The notes under the pieces: model-generated | The model's input: only the letters and a program-made list of their open reading frames with translations | The model's database searches: none | Told to the model about the DNA's origin: nothing | Shown here: positions 10,730 to 23,774 of the stretch, one piece after another | How positions within the stretch are numbered: the stretch's first letter is position 1 | How the letters are laid out: every line of letters begins with the position of its first letter | NCBI GenBank assembly: GCA_002269645.1 | Contig: NIVC01001487.1 | Location: forward strand, 1 to 64,000 | Source: Macrostomum lignano | Taxonomy: Eukaryota | Direction: 5' to 3' | Length of the DNA: 64,000 nucleotides | Made by a program: the position numbers and the translations under genes

Positions 10730-13700
10730 TAGGGGTAGGACGTGATCACGATCGTGATCACGATATCGTGAATTCACGACCTTTTTCAGTGTCGTGAATT
10801 CACGAGTCGTGAAACATTTTTCACGTGCGTGATCGTGATTGTGGGTTTCTTTCAGCTTCAGATGTTACTATGTTTATACTTTTCAGTTCCCCAAACCACA
10901 ATCGTGTACAGTCCTAAATGTAGACTTACTTGGTTTTTGTTTTTCTTTTCAAATACAACGAATGTGTTTTAACACAAAACTTACAGAATAGAGTTTTCAG
11001 TTTACTTTACTTAGTTCAGAAAGTTCGAAGTTAAAGTGGATTTTCGAAGTTCAAAGCTTACTGCCTTATTCTTTTCAATCTTTTGTTTATTTTGTAAAAT
11101 GTAAAATTAAAACTGAAAAGCACTGAATGAAAATATAAATTGTATATATGTATGACTGTATATAAATTTCACTACATGATAGTACATGACATGTACAGAC
11201 AAGTGTTTGTTAACTTGCTTAGCTGCCTACAGAACTGAAAACAGTGAAAAGTGAAAAACAGAAAAGCTTATCAGTGTATGAATATGAAGTATAAAAGAGT
11301 ACATGTAGGTTTACTACTTTACTTTTACGTTCTACACATATAGTGTTATTACAATGACTAATTTAAGTCTAATCTATACTATACTAGCTACATGCAAAAA
11401 ATCATACTACAGAGTCTACAGACTACAGAGTACACAGCTACACACTATAGCAACAGTTATCTATTCCTTATCGATAAACTTTTTCTTGTAGCTCCAACTC
11501 TACTTGTTCTATAGTCTTTGATTATTTATTTTCTCTATCATTATCTTGTCTCTCTGATCTCAATCTTCAAAAAAGTAAAACTAATCACTAATCAGCAATA
11601 ACAGCAATGAATTGAATGGACCCTGCTCATTTCTCTATGGGTCAAACTTCCGAACATTATAGTTAATAAAAACAAGCTTTTCAACGGTTTCGCCAAGCAG
11701 GCGACGTCGTTTCGGCTCGTAGATGTTTCCAACGTTGCTGAAGATACGCTCACTTGGAACACTGGTAGGTGGTGGTCCCAGAAATTTCCGAACAAGTGCT
11801 GACATTGCAGTTGATGGAGTCTTGTCTCTCCAGAACTTCATTGGGTCTTCCTCAAATGGAAGTCGAGGCTCTGATAGGTAGGCTGCCATTTCACGAGCCA
11901 ACTTGTCCATAGCATTGCCTCTGTTTGAAACTGGCAGTAGCGTTCCGGCCCTAGACAGGTCACGCAGAGTTGCAGCTGCAGCACTAGAAGTAGAAGACTT
12001 CTCGAACAGGGCTGACATAGATAGCTGCTGAGGCTGAGACTCAGTTTGTCTAAAAAGGTGAAATTAAAAGTTAAAAGTTAAAACAAAGAGAACTTTGATA
12101 TATTAGTTATAAAATTTATAACTTACAGATGTAGCAAATGTAATTTATAATTTAATTTTTTTGTTACATGTACATGTACATTGAATTATGAAATAGAGGA
12201 AATACTCACGGCTCAGTTTCGATAGATACATCGGAGAGGTCCTCGTCTATGGCTGTATCGCCATCAACAGTAGGAAGAGAAGTTTCACGCAAAATTTCAT
12301 TCATTGCTTTTACGAGCTCAGCCTTAGCAAAGTTGCGCTGCTCTTCATCGAAAAAATCTAGCCGGAAGCGTGGGTCTAACATCGTAGCAACAATGTGGTG
12401 GTGACTCTTTTTTTCGTCAGAGAAGCGTTGAGTCAACCCTTTCACCAGGTCGTCTCGAAGGTACGTGATGCCAAAGCAGTCTACCTGCTGCAGATGCTCC
12501 AGCGACACTTTCACCATCGGCAAGATACACGAGATGCTGGCAGTTTCCCTGCTGACTTCTAGCGTAAAAACCTCAAAAATCTCAAGAAGTTTGACAGCTT
12601 TCTTTGAAACATCTGACTCATTGTCCGTCAGGATTTCAATTGGTCGGTGTCTGGTGCGATAGACACTAAACGCTTCCTCTTGCTCGTTGATTCGGCGTAA
12701 CATGGCTAGTGTTGAATTCCAGCGTGTGTCTACATCTTGCACGAGGCTGTGTGTTGGTAGCTTCAGCTGGAGCTGCAGTGTTTTGAGGTTTGCTTGAGCG
12801 GTTACAGAGTGGTGGAAGTGGCCAACAATGCTCCGTGCTTTGTCAAGTATTGTCTTCAGTCCTCGATGACCGGAGATGGAATCCTTAACAACAAGGTTCA
12901 GCTTGTGGGCAGCACAATGGGCAGATGGTACTTTCAGAAGTTCTCCTGCAAGCTTCATGTTGCTGGCCCCATCACGCAGGAGGAGGCTGACTTGCTCTAA
13001 GCCAATGCCCCACTCACCAAGGGTTGTCGAAAAAACGGCCGAGATGTTAAGCCCAGTATGGGCATCAGTGAATGGCTTTACGCACAGTAAAAGCTGCTTA
13101 CGCTCAAAATCTGGCGTGATAGAATGGATTGTGAAGGACATGAGTGCCAACTGGCCGTCACTCCACAAGTCACACGTGAAACCGAAATCTCGCAGTCTGT
13201 CTATTTCGTCCTGGACCTGCAATTTAATTTCTTCATAGAGAGTCTCTAGCTTGTCATGATAAAATCGAGTGCTCTTCAATCGATATTGCGGACATGCTTC
13301 TTTCAACAGATCGCGAAAGCCTTCACCTTCTACCACAGAGAATGGCTGTGAATCCAACACAATAAAGCGGAGAATTTTTCGATCAATTGCAACCGAACGA
13401 GGGTGCGAATCCGACCATTCTTGAGCATTTGCTTGAGCAAACATTGTGCTCAACTTCTGCTGCTTCAATGGTTGTGGTCCATCTTTACATTTTGGCTTTG
13501 CACGATCTGCCTCAGTGTTTAGGAGCTCTTTGAATTGAATTGGATGGCAGGATTCTATGTGTCTTCGCATGCTGCCTGTTGATCCTGTGTTTCGTAGAAC
13601 CTCCTTCTTACAAGCTAGGCAAGCAGCAGAATTCTCTTTTCCTTCAACGTCTTTAAAGTACAACCACACAGCACTGCCTCTTCCTCGAGGTTGCTGGGTT

Positions 13701-14950
13701 GGCTTATCAACAGAGGCCATTGCAAATGAATGGCTGAAATTGTTTGATTTGTAAATTGTAAATTGTAATGTAATATTGTGTAATTGCCTATTTTAATTTG
13801 CTAGGTAGAAAAGCAAAGAAAAAACAAGTATTATATTATTTTAAATTAAAATATTTATTTATATTTTAAATAAAATATTGCATAGTATAGCAGTATAGTG
13901 TAAATGTAAAGTCACTACAGACTTTAAAGTCAAATAGGCTAGAAAAAAATATTTTTAGACTAACCATATAGATTAGAAATATACTACTATGCATCAGGCA
14001 ATCAGGCATACATATTCAATATACCAGTGTACCACATGATAGTACTAGTACATAATAGTTAATACTATATTGAATATTGAATATTATTCATTATTCAATT
14101 CAATTCAAGAAGAAAAAGTATTTAATATTTGTGTTTGACTATTATTATTACTATTAACAAATGACAATAACAATAGCAAATAACAATTTAATTTAGCATA
14201 TCCATCAAGTATATTTGCTACTTAGTACTTAGACTTAGTCAACCTTAATTTTTAATTTACAGCAATTTATTTTAGTAAAAAAATACTATGCTTATATATT
14301 AAAAATTATTAGTTATAAATTATAATTACTAAATAACTATTAGACAATCAGATTATAAAATTATGCTCTAGTATCTACTATCTATCTGTATAGTATCTAA
14401 TCTATTTATACATTATTATAGCATAAAAATAATAAGAAGAAAGAAAAACTCAAATATGCAAATTCATGATCAAAATGAAATGAAATTTTTGTTTTAACTA
14501 TTTATTTAATACTAAATTCTAAAATAGTAATAGTAGCAAATACTACTTTTAAATTAAAAATTTAAAAATAAAAATTAAAAATACTAAATAGTTACAGCTT
14601 TCAGCTTAGTTTGAGCTTTGAGAAAGCCAAAAAGCAACACAAATGTCTAAGAAGTAAGAACTTCTTACTTCTCAGCCAGACTCTGAGTTCCTTCTCAACC
14701 AGAGAAGAAAGCCAGATGGGCAGATGCAGATGGTATAAGCTGATGGTATAGAAGCACTTAAAAATAGAATCAAACACATTAACTGATAGAAAAATTCAAA
14801 TTTGAAGAAAAAAAAACAAAATTTGAACGGAAATTTTTTACTTTTAATTTTTCACGAACCAATCACGATCACGATCACGATCACGGCAAAGCTGAAATTA
14901 TTCACGACTACTCACGCCCGACCCAAAAATTTTTGCTCGTCCGACCTCTA
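10730..14950 (-). mobile_element. Full-length hAT transposon (4221 bp)
   Basis: 13-bp TIR TAGGGGTAGGACG / TAGAGGTCGGACG (2 mismatches); 8-bp TSD ATTCCTAG at 10722-10729 and 14951-14958; CGTGAT/ATCACG subterminal repeats at both ends. Confidence 0.93.
11635..13720 (-). CDS. BED zinc-finger hAT transposase, 2 exons, ~641 aa, no stops or frameshifts
   Basis: Exons 13720-12210 and 12049-11635 join in frame (GTGAGT donor, TTTTTAG acceptor); BED finger (VWLYF...CLAC...MRRHIESCH), CDLWS, CAAH, DTRWNS motifs and dimerisation domain (PPPTSVPSERIFS). Confidence 0.93.
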
Positions 14951-16539
14951 ATTCCTAGTTTCCTATAGGAAAAATTCCTATATGACATGCATGGTCTTTC
15001 AAAAATCTGCAAGTGGCACATAGCCATTTTTACTAACATATAGCTAGGCCCTATGTATTTATTTGTGTGTGCATAGTAAATTATCCAGATTTGAGGTTAC
15101 AAAATTCCAAGAAAATTCCAGCATATAATTATTAATGATATTATAAATGGATCCATGTCAATAATTTTCAGCTTATCCCCATGGCTAAGATTGTGCAGTT
15201 GTTTGTGTTTAGTTTTGTGTACTAATATAACATCAATATTGTCATTATTATTAGTAATATTATCTTTATTATTATATATTGATAGTTGAATTTTGCAAGT
15301 CTTATTCGCATTCTTTGGGTCATTTGGTTGTTCTAAGTAAAGCAGGCAGCTAAGCAAATACTTAAAATTAACCCTTTTAATGACAAAAAGTTTTAACAAA
15401 GTACTTGATACTATTTAGTATTCAATACATAAAGTTTATTTGGAAGGTTTGTAAAATAGTAAAAACAAAAAGACTGTTTTTGATTTTTGAACAAATTCAT
15501 TTCAAGGTTCTTTATTCCAATAAGCTGCCATAGGAATAAGCTGGAATTGACATATCTGTGTGGATAAAATTAGAATTATTGACACAGCTTATAGACTTGA
15601 ATGGTGGCAGCTATTTCATTAAGCTACTGTGGAGATAAGCTAGAAATGATTGACACAGAACCATATGTATAAAATTGGAATTATCAGCATGGGACTATGG
15701 GGATAAGCACTTCCATAAATGATACCTTTTAAAATTGGCATACAAATTTCAAAGTTCAAATTCATGCAAAAAATGGCATACAGTTTTCATTGTACAAAAT
15801 CATGCCAATTTTTTGTGTACTGCATACATGAAAATTGTAATATAAATTCACACTCTAGATCATACAGTATGTAGCCAAAACTCGTGCATGCATTGGCCTT
15901 GCATGCCAATAGTAATTGTGCACAGTTGGCATACATTACCTATAAGAAAATAGTGTGTATGCATACCTAACTTACTTGACTCAGCTGCAGAAAGCATCTG
16001 GCGGATGCAACAGGGAGGTGGAAGAGATTGCCTATTCTACTAGGCCTTGGCAACCAGACTTCTATTCAAGTGATGTTGCTCAGGGGGACCCATTGGTCTT
16101 GCCTATAGTGTGGTCTTCCTTACCAGCATTGGGGGAAGAGATCAGCTCATCCTGTCCCTGAGGTACTAGGCGAGTAGCAGAATGTGTGCATACCTGGCAT
16201 GCACTTTATAGAATCACATGGAAGAGAAAAAGATGAAAATAGATTTATTTTAAGCATAAATTTCAAGCCTTTTGGATTTTTAAGCTCATAATGAAGCATT
16301 TAAACAAATCTTAACATATATTAATTTTCCACTATAAATAGTATTGTCAAAAAAAGCAGAAAAATGAACCAATTTTTTTGCCAAAAAAGGTTTATTACAC
16401 AATTGAAAAAAGGTCATTTATTGTCACAATATTTAAAAAGGGTCATTTATTGTCGCAACTTTTGTAAAAGTAACAAAAATATAACAAAAAAGTTTTCACA
16501 GAGATAACATGCATTTGTCTAAATAGAATATATCCCTAG

Positions 16540-16865
16540 ACTACAAGCATCCGGCTATCTTCCTAAATAGCTAGTATTCATTAGCAGCAAGCATCCTCTA
16601 ATAACAAGCACCCCCTCCCTGCCTCAAGGTAGCAAATATACTAGATAGCAAGCATCTCCACAGATAAAAAGCAACCTAGACAGTAAGCATCATACCCCCC
16701 CCCCCCCCAAGATAGCAAGCATATGCCCAAATATAATAGCAAGCATACCTTCCATTTAATACAATACCAAGCATCCCCCAGTTAGCATATTCCAAGATGG
16801 CAAGTACCCCCCCCCCTTCTCAAGAACAAACCTCTTGCCTCCCCAATATCAAGCATCCCCTAATC
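16540..16865. repeat. Degenerate (TAG)CAAGCAT(C)n repeats
   Basis: About 10 irregularly spaced copies of CAAGCA(T/C), often followed by C runs. Confidence 0.5.
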
Positions 16866-17441
16866 ATCTAGTCCAATAATGATGTCTCATTAAGTGCAAT
16901 AATCTTTTACTTATCAAGTGCATTAATCCTTGGCTTATCAAGTGCAGTATTCCTTGGCTTATCAAGTACTTTCTATAAGCTTTCAATAAACTACTAAGAT
17001 TCAAACCCAGGTTGTTGCATTAGCAGTTCAGTCTATTCATATCTAGGTTAGCTCTCGTTGAATTTATATATGAATTTGTAGCACTTATAATTCAATACTC
17101 ACACCAAAGTCAGTGATGACATAATCAATTTCTGAGCCAAGTCAGTACTAGCCGCTATGGTAACTTATTGTTTATAACTTTTGTATTAATATATAAATTA
17201 GATATTTGTCTAAATGTAGCCTATATAAAACTATTCAAGCTTGACTCAACTACTTAAAATGTGTTTTACTGGGAAAACTAGTTTACTAGTTTACATACAT
17301 AAAATGTGTACAGTTCTTTTCTACTTGCTCTAACACTAAACTGTGTGCTCAGGATTGAGCAGTTGCTGCAGTCTAACGGAGCCGCACACCAACTTGCAGT
17401 CCAACAGTCTCAAGCACAGCAGCGCCGTCCAGCGCCAGTGA

Positions 17442-19457
17442 ATGAGCAGCGACACGGATCCGCAGGCTGCTCACAGCCAGTCTGGCTGCGTCAGCCTTGA
17501 AGACGCCCGCGCAATCTGCGACCGTCTGGTTGCTCAGCTGCTCCGTGACGAGTCACAGCTGCAGCTGGAGACGGTGTGCGAGTGTGGCAAGCAGATCTCC
17601 AAGCTGTACTATGACTGCAAAGAGCACAGGCCGGCTCTGGCGCGTCACCTGCACAACCTGGGCTACCCGCAGTTCGCTGTCCGCACAATGAAGCGATTAA
17701 ACAGTTTAGGCGTGTTTAAAAATGACGATATCTGGTTCTCATCGCACTATCTGTACACGGCGGCTCTGAACTACTCTGAGCAGAGCGCCGAGTTTGCCGG
17801 CGCCCTGGCCAGCAGCGGCATCACCAACCTGCTGGTGGCGAACATCGGCCACCGGCCTTACCTGGACAATCTGGCTAGCAAGAATGTGGTCTACCTGATC
17901 CGGGCCTCGCTCAGCCTGCTGTACCGGCTGCTGTGGCACAGTCCTGACTATGCTGTCCAGCTCACTTCCGGCGGCGATGCCGGGGTGGTTGTTGGCGGCG
18001 GCGGGTTCGCCTTGAAGCGCGGCCTGCTGGACTTGGCGGGCGGCGCGTCTCAGGCGCCGGAGGCTGTCCGCTGTCTGTGCCTGTTCGTGCTCTCCCGGCT
18101 GCTCTGCGAGGCCGACTGCGGCGCCTTGCTAGGGGGGGATGACGGTCAGCAACTGCTGGCGAGGTGAGGCTGCCGAGCAGCATATTTTTCAGCCAGATTG
18201 TGAACGGGGGGGGCAGATTGGAAATCGGGGGGGGGGCCGCCAGACTGAATGGGTAAGTAGTCATAAGAGGTAAATCGTCAATAGCAAAATGAATTCGGTG
18301 CATCCCGCAGGCTCCGCCAACTGGTGCAGTGGACGGACCGCCTGTTGAAGAGTCCCGACAGGCGCCTGCTTGGCTTCGGCCTGTCGGACTTCGCCTCCTG
18401 CTGGACCGCTCTGAGCGGCCAGGCCTACCTTGTTGACAGCCTGTGCCAGTGCGGCGCGCCACAGCTCATGCTTGACGGCCTCCGCGATCCGGGCTTTGCC
18501 GAAGCCGACCGTCGGGCCGCCCTGCTGGCTGTCTGGGGCCTCGCCATGCACCGGCGATCGCGCGCCTTCCTGCTGGAGCGCTGCGGCTGCGCCGGCGCCC
18601 TACTGAAGCTGCAGAACGGCGGCGCCTGCCCGCCTGGCCTCCTGCCGCTGGTCGACTGCCTGCTCCGCGTGCTGCAGGACGAAGCTCCATCGCCGCTGCC
18701 GCACCAACGCCATCGCCAGCCTCCGCAGGCGGTGCTGTCGCATCATCCGGCCAACCGGGAGCTGGCAGTTCGAATCCGCGACCGGCTTCGAGCTCGGGGC
18801 CTCGCCGTGCGACTGTCCTGCCCAGCGGGCGACTCGCAGCCTCCGCCGGGCGTCTCCATCGCAGAGGCCTCCGTGGTGCTGCTCGGCCTCAGCGAGGCGT
18901 TCAGGGCCAGCCCGCTGTGCCGGGCGGAGGCCGAGGCCGCCGCGCTGACGGCCGCTGACCGGCCGGTGCTGCCCGTCTGCCTGCTGGCTCGCTGGCGGCC
19001 CGAAGGCTGGCTGGCGGCGCTCGTCGGGCAGCTCGGCGGCGGCGGCGGGATGCTGGCGGACCTCGCCGGCTGCCGGGACTTCGAGGCGGCATGCGGCCAG
19101 CTGGCCAGGCGGGTGTCCGAGCTGCTGACGCCGTCGGCGATGGGCAGCGGCAGCGGCAGTTCTCCGCAGTCGCTGCTGGCCTCAGCGGCGCACGGCCTGG
19201 CGCCGGTAAACGGGTCGGGCGGCTCCGAGGCCTCTGCCGTGCAGCTGTGGACGCAGGCGGACGTGGCCAGCTGGCTGGAGGCGGTCGGGCTGGCCGGCCT
19301 TCGGTCGCAGTTCGCCGGCATCGACGGCCGGCTGCTGCACCAGCTGATGCGGATGCGGGCGGAGGCGCCGGATTATTTCTACAGATCCTTGGAGCAGCAG
19401 TGGCGCCTGGAGCTCATCGACGTGCTGCGACTGGCCGACGCTCTGGAGAAGCTGTGA
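17442..19457 (+). CDS. ARM-repeat / TIR-like / SAM domain protein, 2 exons, ~622 aa
   Basis: Exons 17442-18163 and 18311-19457 join in frame (AG|GTGAG...GCAG|G); helical ARM-like N-terminus; TIR_2-like segment (VLSH...IRDRLRARGLAV...VVLLGLSEAFRASPLCRAEA...PEGWL); C-terminal SAM (WTQADVASWLEAVGL...IDGRLL). Confidence 0.85.
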
Positions 19458-19556
19458 CGACACTTGATTGTTATGCCGTAGTCTGGTCATCTGATGCTTG
19501 TTTTCGCGCGTGCAATGTCTTCTATGCCTTACTGGGGGTTGCGGAGTGTCGGGAGA

Positions 19557-19799
19557 CTAATTAGATGACGAGGAATTGACTTAGTTACTCTAGCCGTTTA
19601 CCCTATCCTAGTAGATCACGAGGCGTCTGGTATTCGATTGCTATGGAAAGTTACTCCAGCCGTTTACTCTGCGAAACTAATTATCTCACGAGACCACATT
19701 ATGTATAGCTACTCCCGCCGTTTACCCAACCTTTATGTCTAATTAGGTGACGAGGGGCGCTTCGGTTTCTACACAGGTAGAGTTACTCCAGCCGTCTAC
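19557..19799. repeat. Four-copy two-block repeat with variable spacers
   Basis: CTAATTAG(A/G)TGACGAGG-like block and GTTACTCCAGCCGTTTAC-like block alternate four times, separated by unrelated 6-26 nt sequences. Confidence 0.7.
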
Positions 19800-20450
19800 C
19801 TTCTGGGGCCAGATTTTTTCTCCGCCGATCTATTTTTAACCGATTTCGAACTTCGCCCTTAATGAGTCCCGAGAATGGGGGAACTACTTTGCTCACTTCG
19901 ATTTTCAGTTAATCGCCGGCACTAATTGAGCACAAGGCCTTGATTTACTGCATTGCTGTCTGCAGCTGTGCGTGATGCAAAAGTCCAGATGAGGCATTGC
20001 TATTCTTTAACTGAGCACACATTTTGTTTTAAACAGTATTGAGAAGTTACATGAGCACATGAGCATGAGCACAAGTTACATGAGCGTCTGAATAATATGC
20101 TGCTTCTTAGAATTTCATTAGATTCCAATTGCTGCTTTTATTGATTTCTGTTAGCACTTACAAAGCTGACCAAAATGCTTTTGGAGCGACATTTCCTGCG
20201 TGTTTTGAATTCTAGACTTGTTTTGCACCCCCTGTTCTGTATTGAACTCTCTCTTACCTGACTGCGTTGACAACCTAAATGCGATATTTTTGTACATTTA
20301 TACTGTTTCTCAGTGTGTTCGCTTCATCTTAATTTGGAGCATTGTTGTGCTACCTACAGCTGAAACCATTTAAAACGGTTAGGAAATTTGTTTAAATGTG
20401 CTTCTGATTATTGCTTGGATTAGGAGTTTTCATATTGGATTCGTTACTAT

Positions 20451-21792
20451 GATTAGATTGGTTAGATGAGATTAGATTGGTTAGATGAGATTAGTTTGGT
20501 TAGATGAGATTAGATTGGTTAGATGAGATTAGATTGGTTAGCTGAGATTAGATTGGTTAGCTGAGATTAGATTGGTTAGCTGAGATTAGATTGGTTAGCT
20601 GAGATTAGATTGGTTAGCTGAGATTAGATTGGTTAGATGAGATTAGATTGGTTAGATGAGATTAGATTGGTTAGATGAGATTAGATTTGTTAGCTGAGAT
20701 TAGATTGGTTAGCTGAGATTAGATTGGTTAGATGAGATTAGATTGGTTAGCTGAGATTAGATTGGTTAGATGAGATTAGATTGGTTAGCTGAGATTAGAT
20801 TGGTTAGATGAGATTAGATTGGTTAAATGAGATTAGATTGGTTAGATGAGATTAGATTGGTTAGATGAGATTAGTTTGGTTAGATGAGATTAGATTGGTT
20901 AGATGAGATTAGATTGGTTAGATGAGATTAGATTGGTTAGATGAGATTAGATTGGTTAGATGAGATTAGATTGGTTAGATGAGATTAGTTTGGTTAGATG
21001 AGATTAGATTGGTTAGATGAGATTAGATTGGTTAGATGAGATTAGATTGGTTAGATGAGATTAGATTGGTTAGATGAGATTAGATTGGTTAGCTGAGATT
21101 AGATTGGTTAGCTGAGATTAGATTGGTTAGATGAGATTAGATTGGTTAGCTGAGATTAGATTGGTTAGCTGAGATTAGATTGGTTAGCTGAGATTAGATT
21201 GGTTAGCTGAGATTAGATTGGTTAGATGAGATTAGATTGGTTAGATAAGATTAGATTAGATTGGTTAGATCAGATTAGATTGATTGAATCAGATTAGATT
21301 GGTTAGCTGAGATTAGATTGGTTAGATCAGGTTAGATTAGTTAGATCAGATTAGATTGGTTAGATCAGATTAGATTGGTTGGATCAGATTAGATTGGTTG
21401 GATCAGATTAGATTCGTTAGATCAGATTAGATTGGTTAGATCAGATTAGATTCGTTAGATCAGATTAGATTCGTTAGATCAGATTAGATTGGTTAGATCA
21501 GATTAGATTCGTTAGATCAGATTAGATTGGTTAGATCAGATTAGATTGGTTGGATCAGATTAGATTGGTTGGATCAGATAAGATTCGTTAGATCAGATTA
21601 GATTGGTTAGATCAGATTAGATTCGTTAGATCAGATTAGATTCGTTAGATCAGATTAGATTGGTTAGATCAGATTAGATTCGTTAGATCAGATTAGATTG
21701 GTTAGATCAGATTAGATTGGTTAGATCAGATTAGATTCGTTAGATCAGATTAGATTGGTTGGATCAGATTAGATTGGTTGGATGAGATTAGA
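20451..21792. repeat. 19-bp minisatellite (ATTAGATTGGTTAGATGAG), switching to an ATCAG/TTCG variant after ~21250
   Basis: Direct inspection; roughly 70 copies. Confidence 0.97.
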
Positions 21793-22611
21793 TGTCTGGA
21801 GCAACCTCGATCATCTTGTTTTCTGTAACAGACAAATCTCGGGCAAGAGTCTCGCGCCAAGTACGCCATGAACCAGACCAAACTCTGCAATCATTTTGTT
21901 TGTTTTGTCTTCTTCTTTTATTAATTGCCATTGCGCTGTTTGCTTTTGCAGCCTCTTGGACCTCATTTTCAATTTCGTTTGCAACTTGATGATGAACTCT
22001 GCTTCTGGAGGTCGGGGGTTTACTTGTTCAAGATCTCCCTGCTTTATTTCTTATCTTCTTGCGTCTTCTACTCTTAGAAGAAAAGAAAGATTTTGCACCT
22101 GCTGCAGCTTCTAATGTAAACATGCGCTTTTAACCTAAGCTGCTTTTCTTGAATACATTGTTAATCTGCAATAGATAGTGCGATTGTTCACTTAAACCTC
22201 CTGTCCATAGTTGCATAAAAGAGTTGATTAATTATGTGCATGCACCGCGGTTGCCGCCTAATTAGAAATGTGATTGTATTATTTATCCGTGACAAAAAGT
22301 CAGCAAAGAAATATAAATGTGTTAATATATTATTTATGATAATTATTATTTATCTACTATACTGAATCTCCTCTTGACACTTTTCATGCCTCCGACTTAT
22401 CCTAATTGTGACGGCCTCCATGATGCTTGAGTTTCACCCATTGATTGGGCAGCTTATGTCTGGTGCTTCACCTCTCATGCAGTGCAATGGGAGCTGATTA
22501 AGTCCCTGTGTTTTGCATCCCCACCCGCTCAGTCTGTGTGCCTCTGCCTTCCTTATGGTTTGAAGCTCACCTCTAACTGAAGCCATTCCTGTCTGCAGCA
22601 CGTTCCTTGTG

Positions 22612-22676
22612 CTGTCTGTCTGTCTGTCTGTGTGTCTGTCTGTCTGTGTGTCTGTCTGTCTGTCTGTCTGTCTGTG

Positions 22677-22707
<31 letters not shown>

Positions 22708-23005
22708 GTGTCTGTCTATGTGTCTGTCTGTCTGTCTGTCTGTGTGTCTGTATGTCTGTCTGTCTGTCTGTCTATGTGTCTGTCTATGTGTCTGTCTGTC
22801 TGTCTATGTGTCTGTCTATGTGTCTATGTGTCTGTCTGTCTGTCTGTCTGTCTGTGTGTCTGTATGTCTGTCTGTCTGTCTGTCTATGTGTCTGTCTGTC
22901 TGTCTATGTGTCTGTCTGTCTGTCTGTGTGTCTGTCTGTTCTGTCTGTCTGTCTGTCTGTCTGTCTATGTGTCTGTCTGTTCTGTTTGTCTGTCTGTCTG
23001 TCTGT
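22612..23005. repeat. (TCTG)n microsatellite with TGTG/TATG variants
   Basis: Direct inspection. Confidence 0.97.
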
Positions 23006-23774
23006 CTATCTCTATCCATCCACCCAAGGCCGAAATATCGGTTCAGTACATTTACGCTCGTATATTTGTTGTAACGGCTGTGACATTTAACTTGAGACTA
23101 GAGCTGCCACTGTGTGAGTGGTCTTTTCAAACGTTTATCTATCTGTCTAATATATTTATCTATCTATCTATCTGTCTATCTATCTATCCATCCATCTATC
23201 TACTAATGTGCCTCTGCCCCAGATGCAGTTGCACCGCAAGCCTGAACTCCCTTCAGCTGACCAGCTCACAGGAGCAGCCCAGCTTAGCAACTGATTACCT
23301 CGGCATCAGTTTTGTCAGAACAGTCAGCTGAGGGAACTCGGGGCAGCCAGCGCTCCCGCTGCAGTTCCACTGGGAGAATTAATTGACTTTCTAATCTCAC
23401 GGCAGTCTCCCGTACGCGGGGGCCCGAGCCACCTTTTCCGGGGGGGGCAGGAAATTCCTGGAATTGTGTGGGGATATTTGCTTTCCCCACACGGCCGGGC
23501 TGGTGAGGAGGCGTGGCGAGAATTATATTGCATGCGTTGCTTTTGGCTTGTCGGTCTCTCGCATAGTCTTGACCTGAACTTGCGCTGGGCTCACACAAAC
23601 TGGCACGTGTTCCTCTAGCTCTGTGAGCTCGAGTAAGTATATATGTTTTAGGACTGCAATTTCTCGCAGCCAGGCAGGTACGTGCGGGGGTATTCTTTGA
23701 TCGTGAACTGTGGGGTTTTTGTCGGTTGTAGATTGACTTCATGTTGGATAAGGATGATGCTGGATTAGAGAGGC

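Noticed and set aside
17442-19457. Naming the gene SARM1/tir-1
   Set aside because: Domain order is ARM-TIR-SAM with one SAM; orthology not supported
19557-19799. CRISPR-like repeat-spacer array
   Set aside because: Two alternating short blocks, degenerate copies, spacers of 6-26 nt and no cas genes; kept only as a motif array
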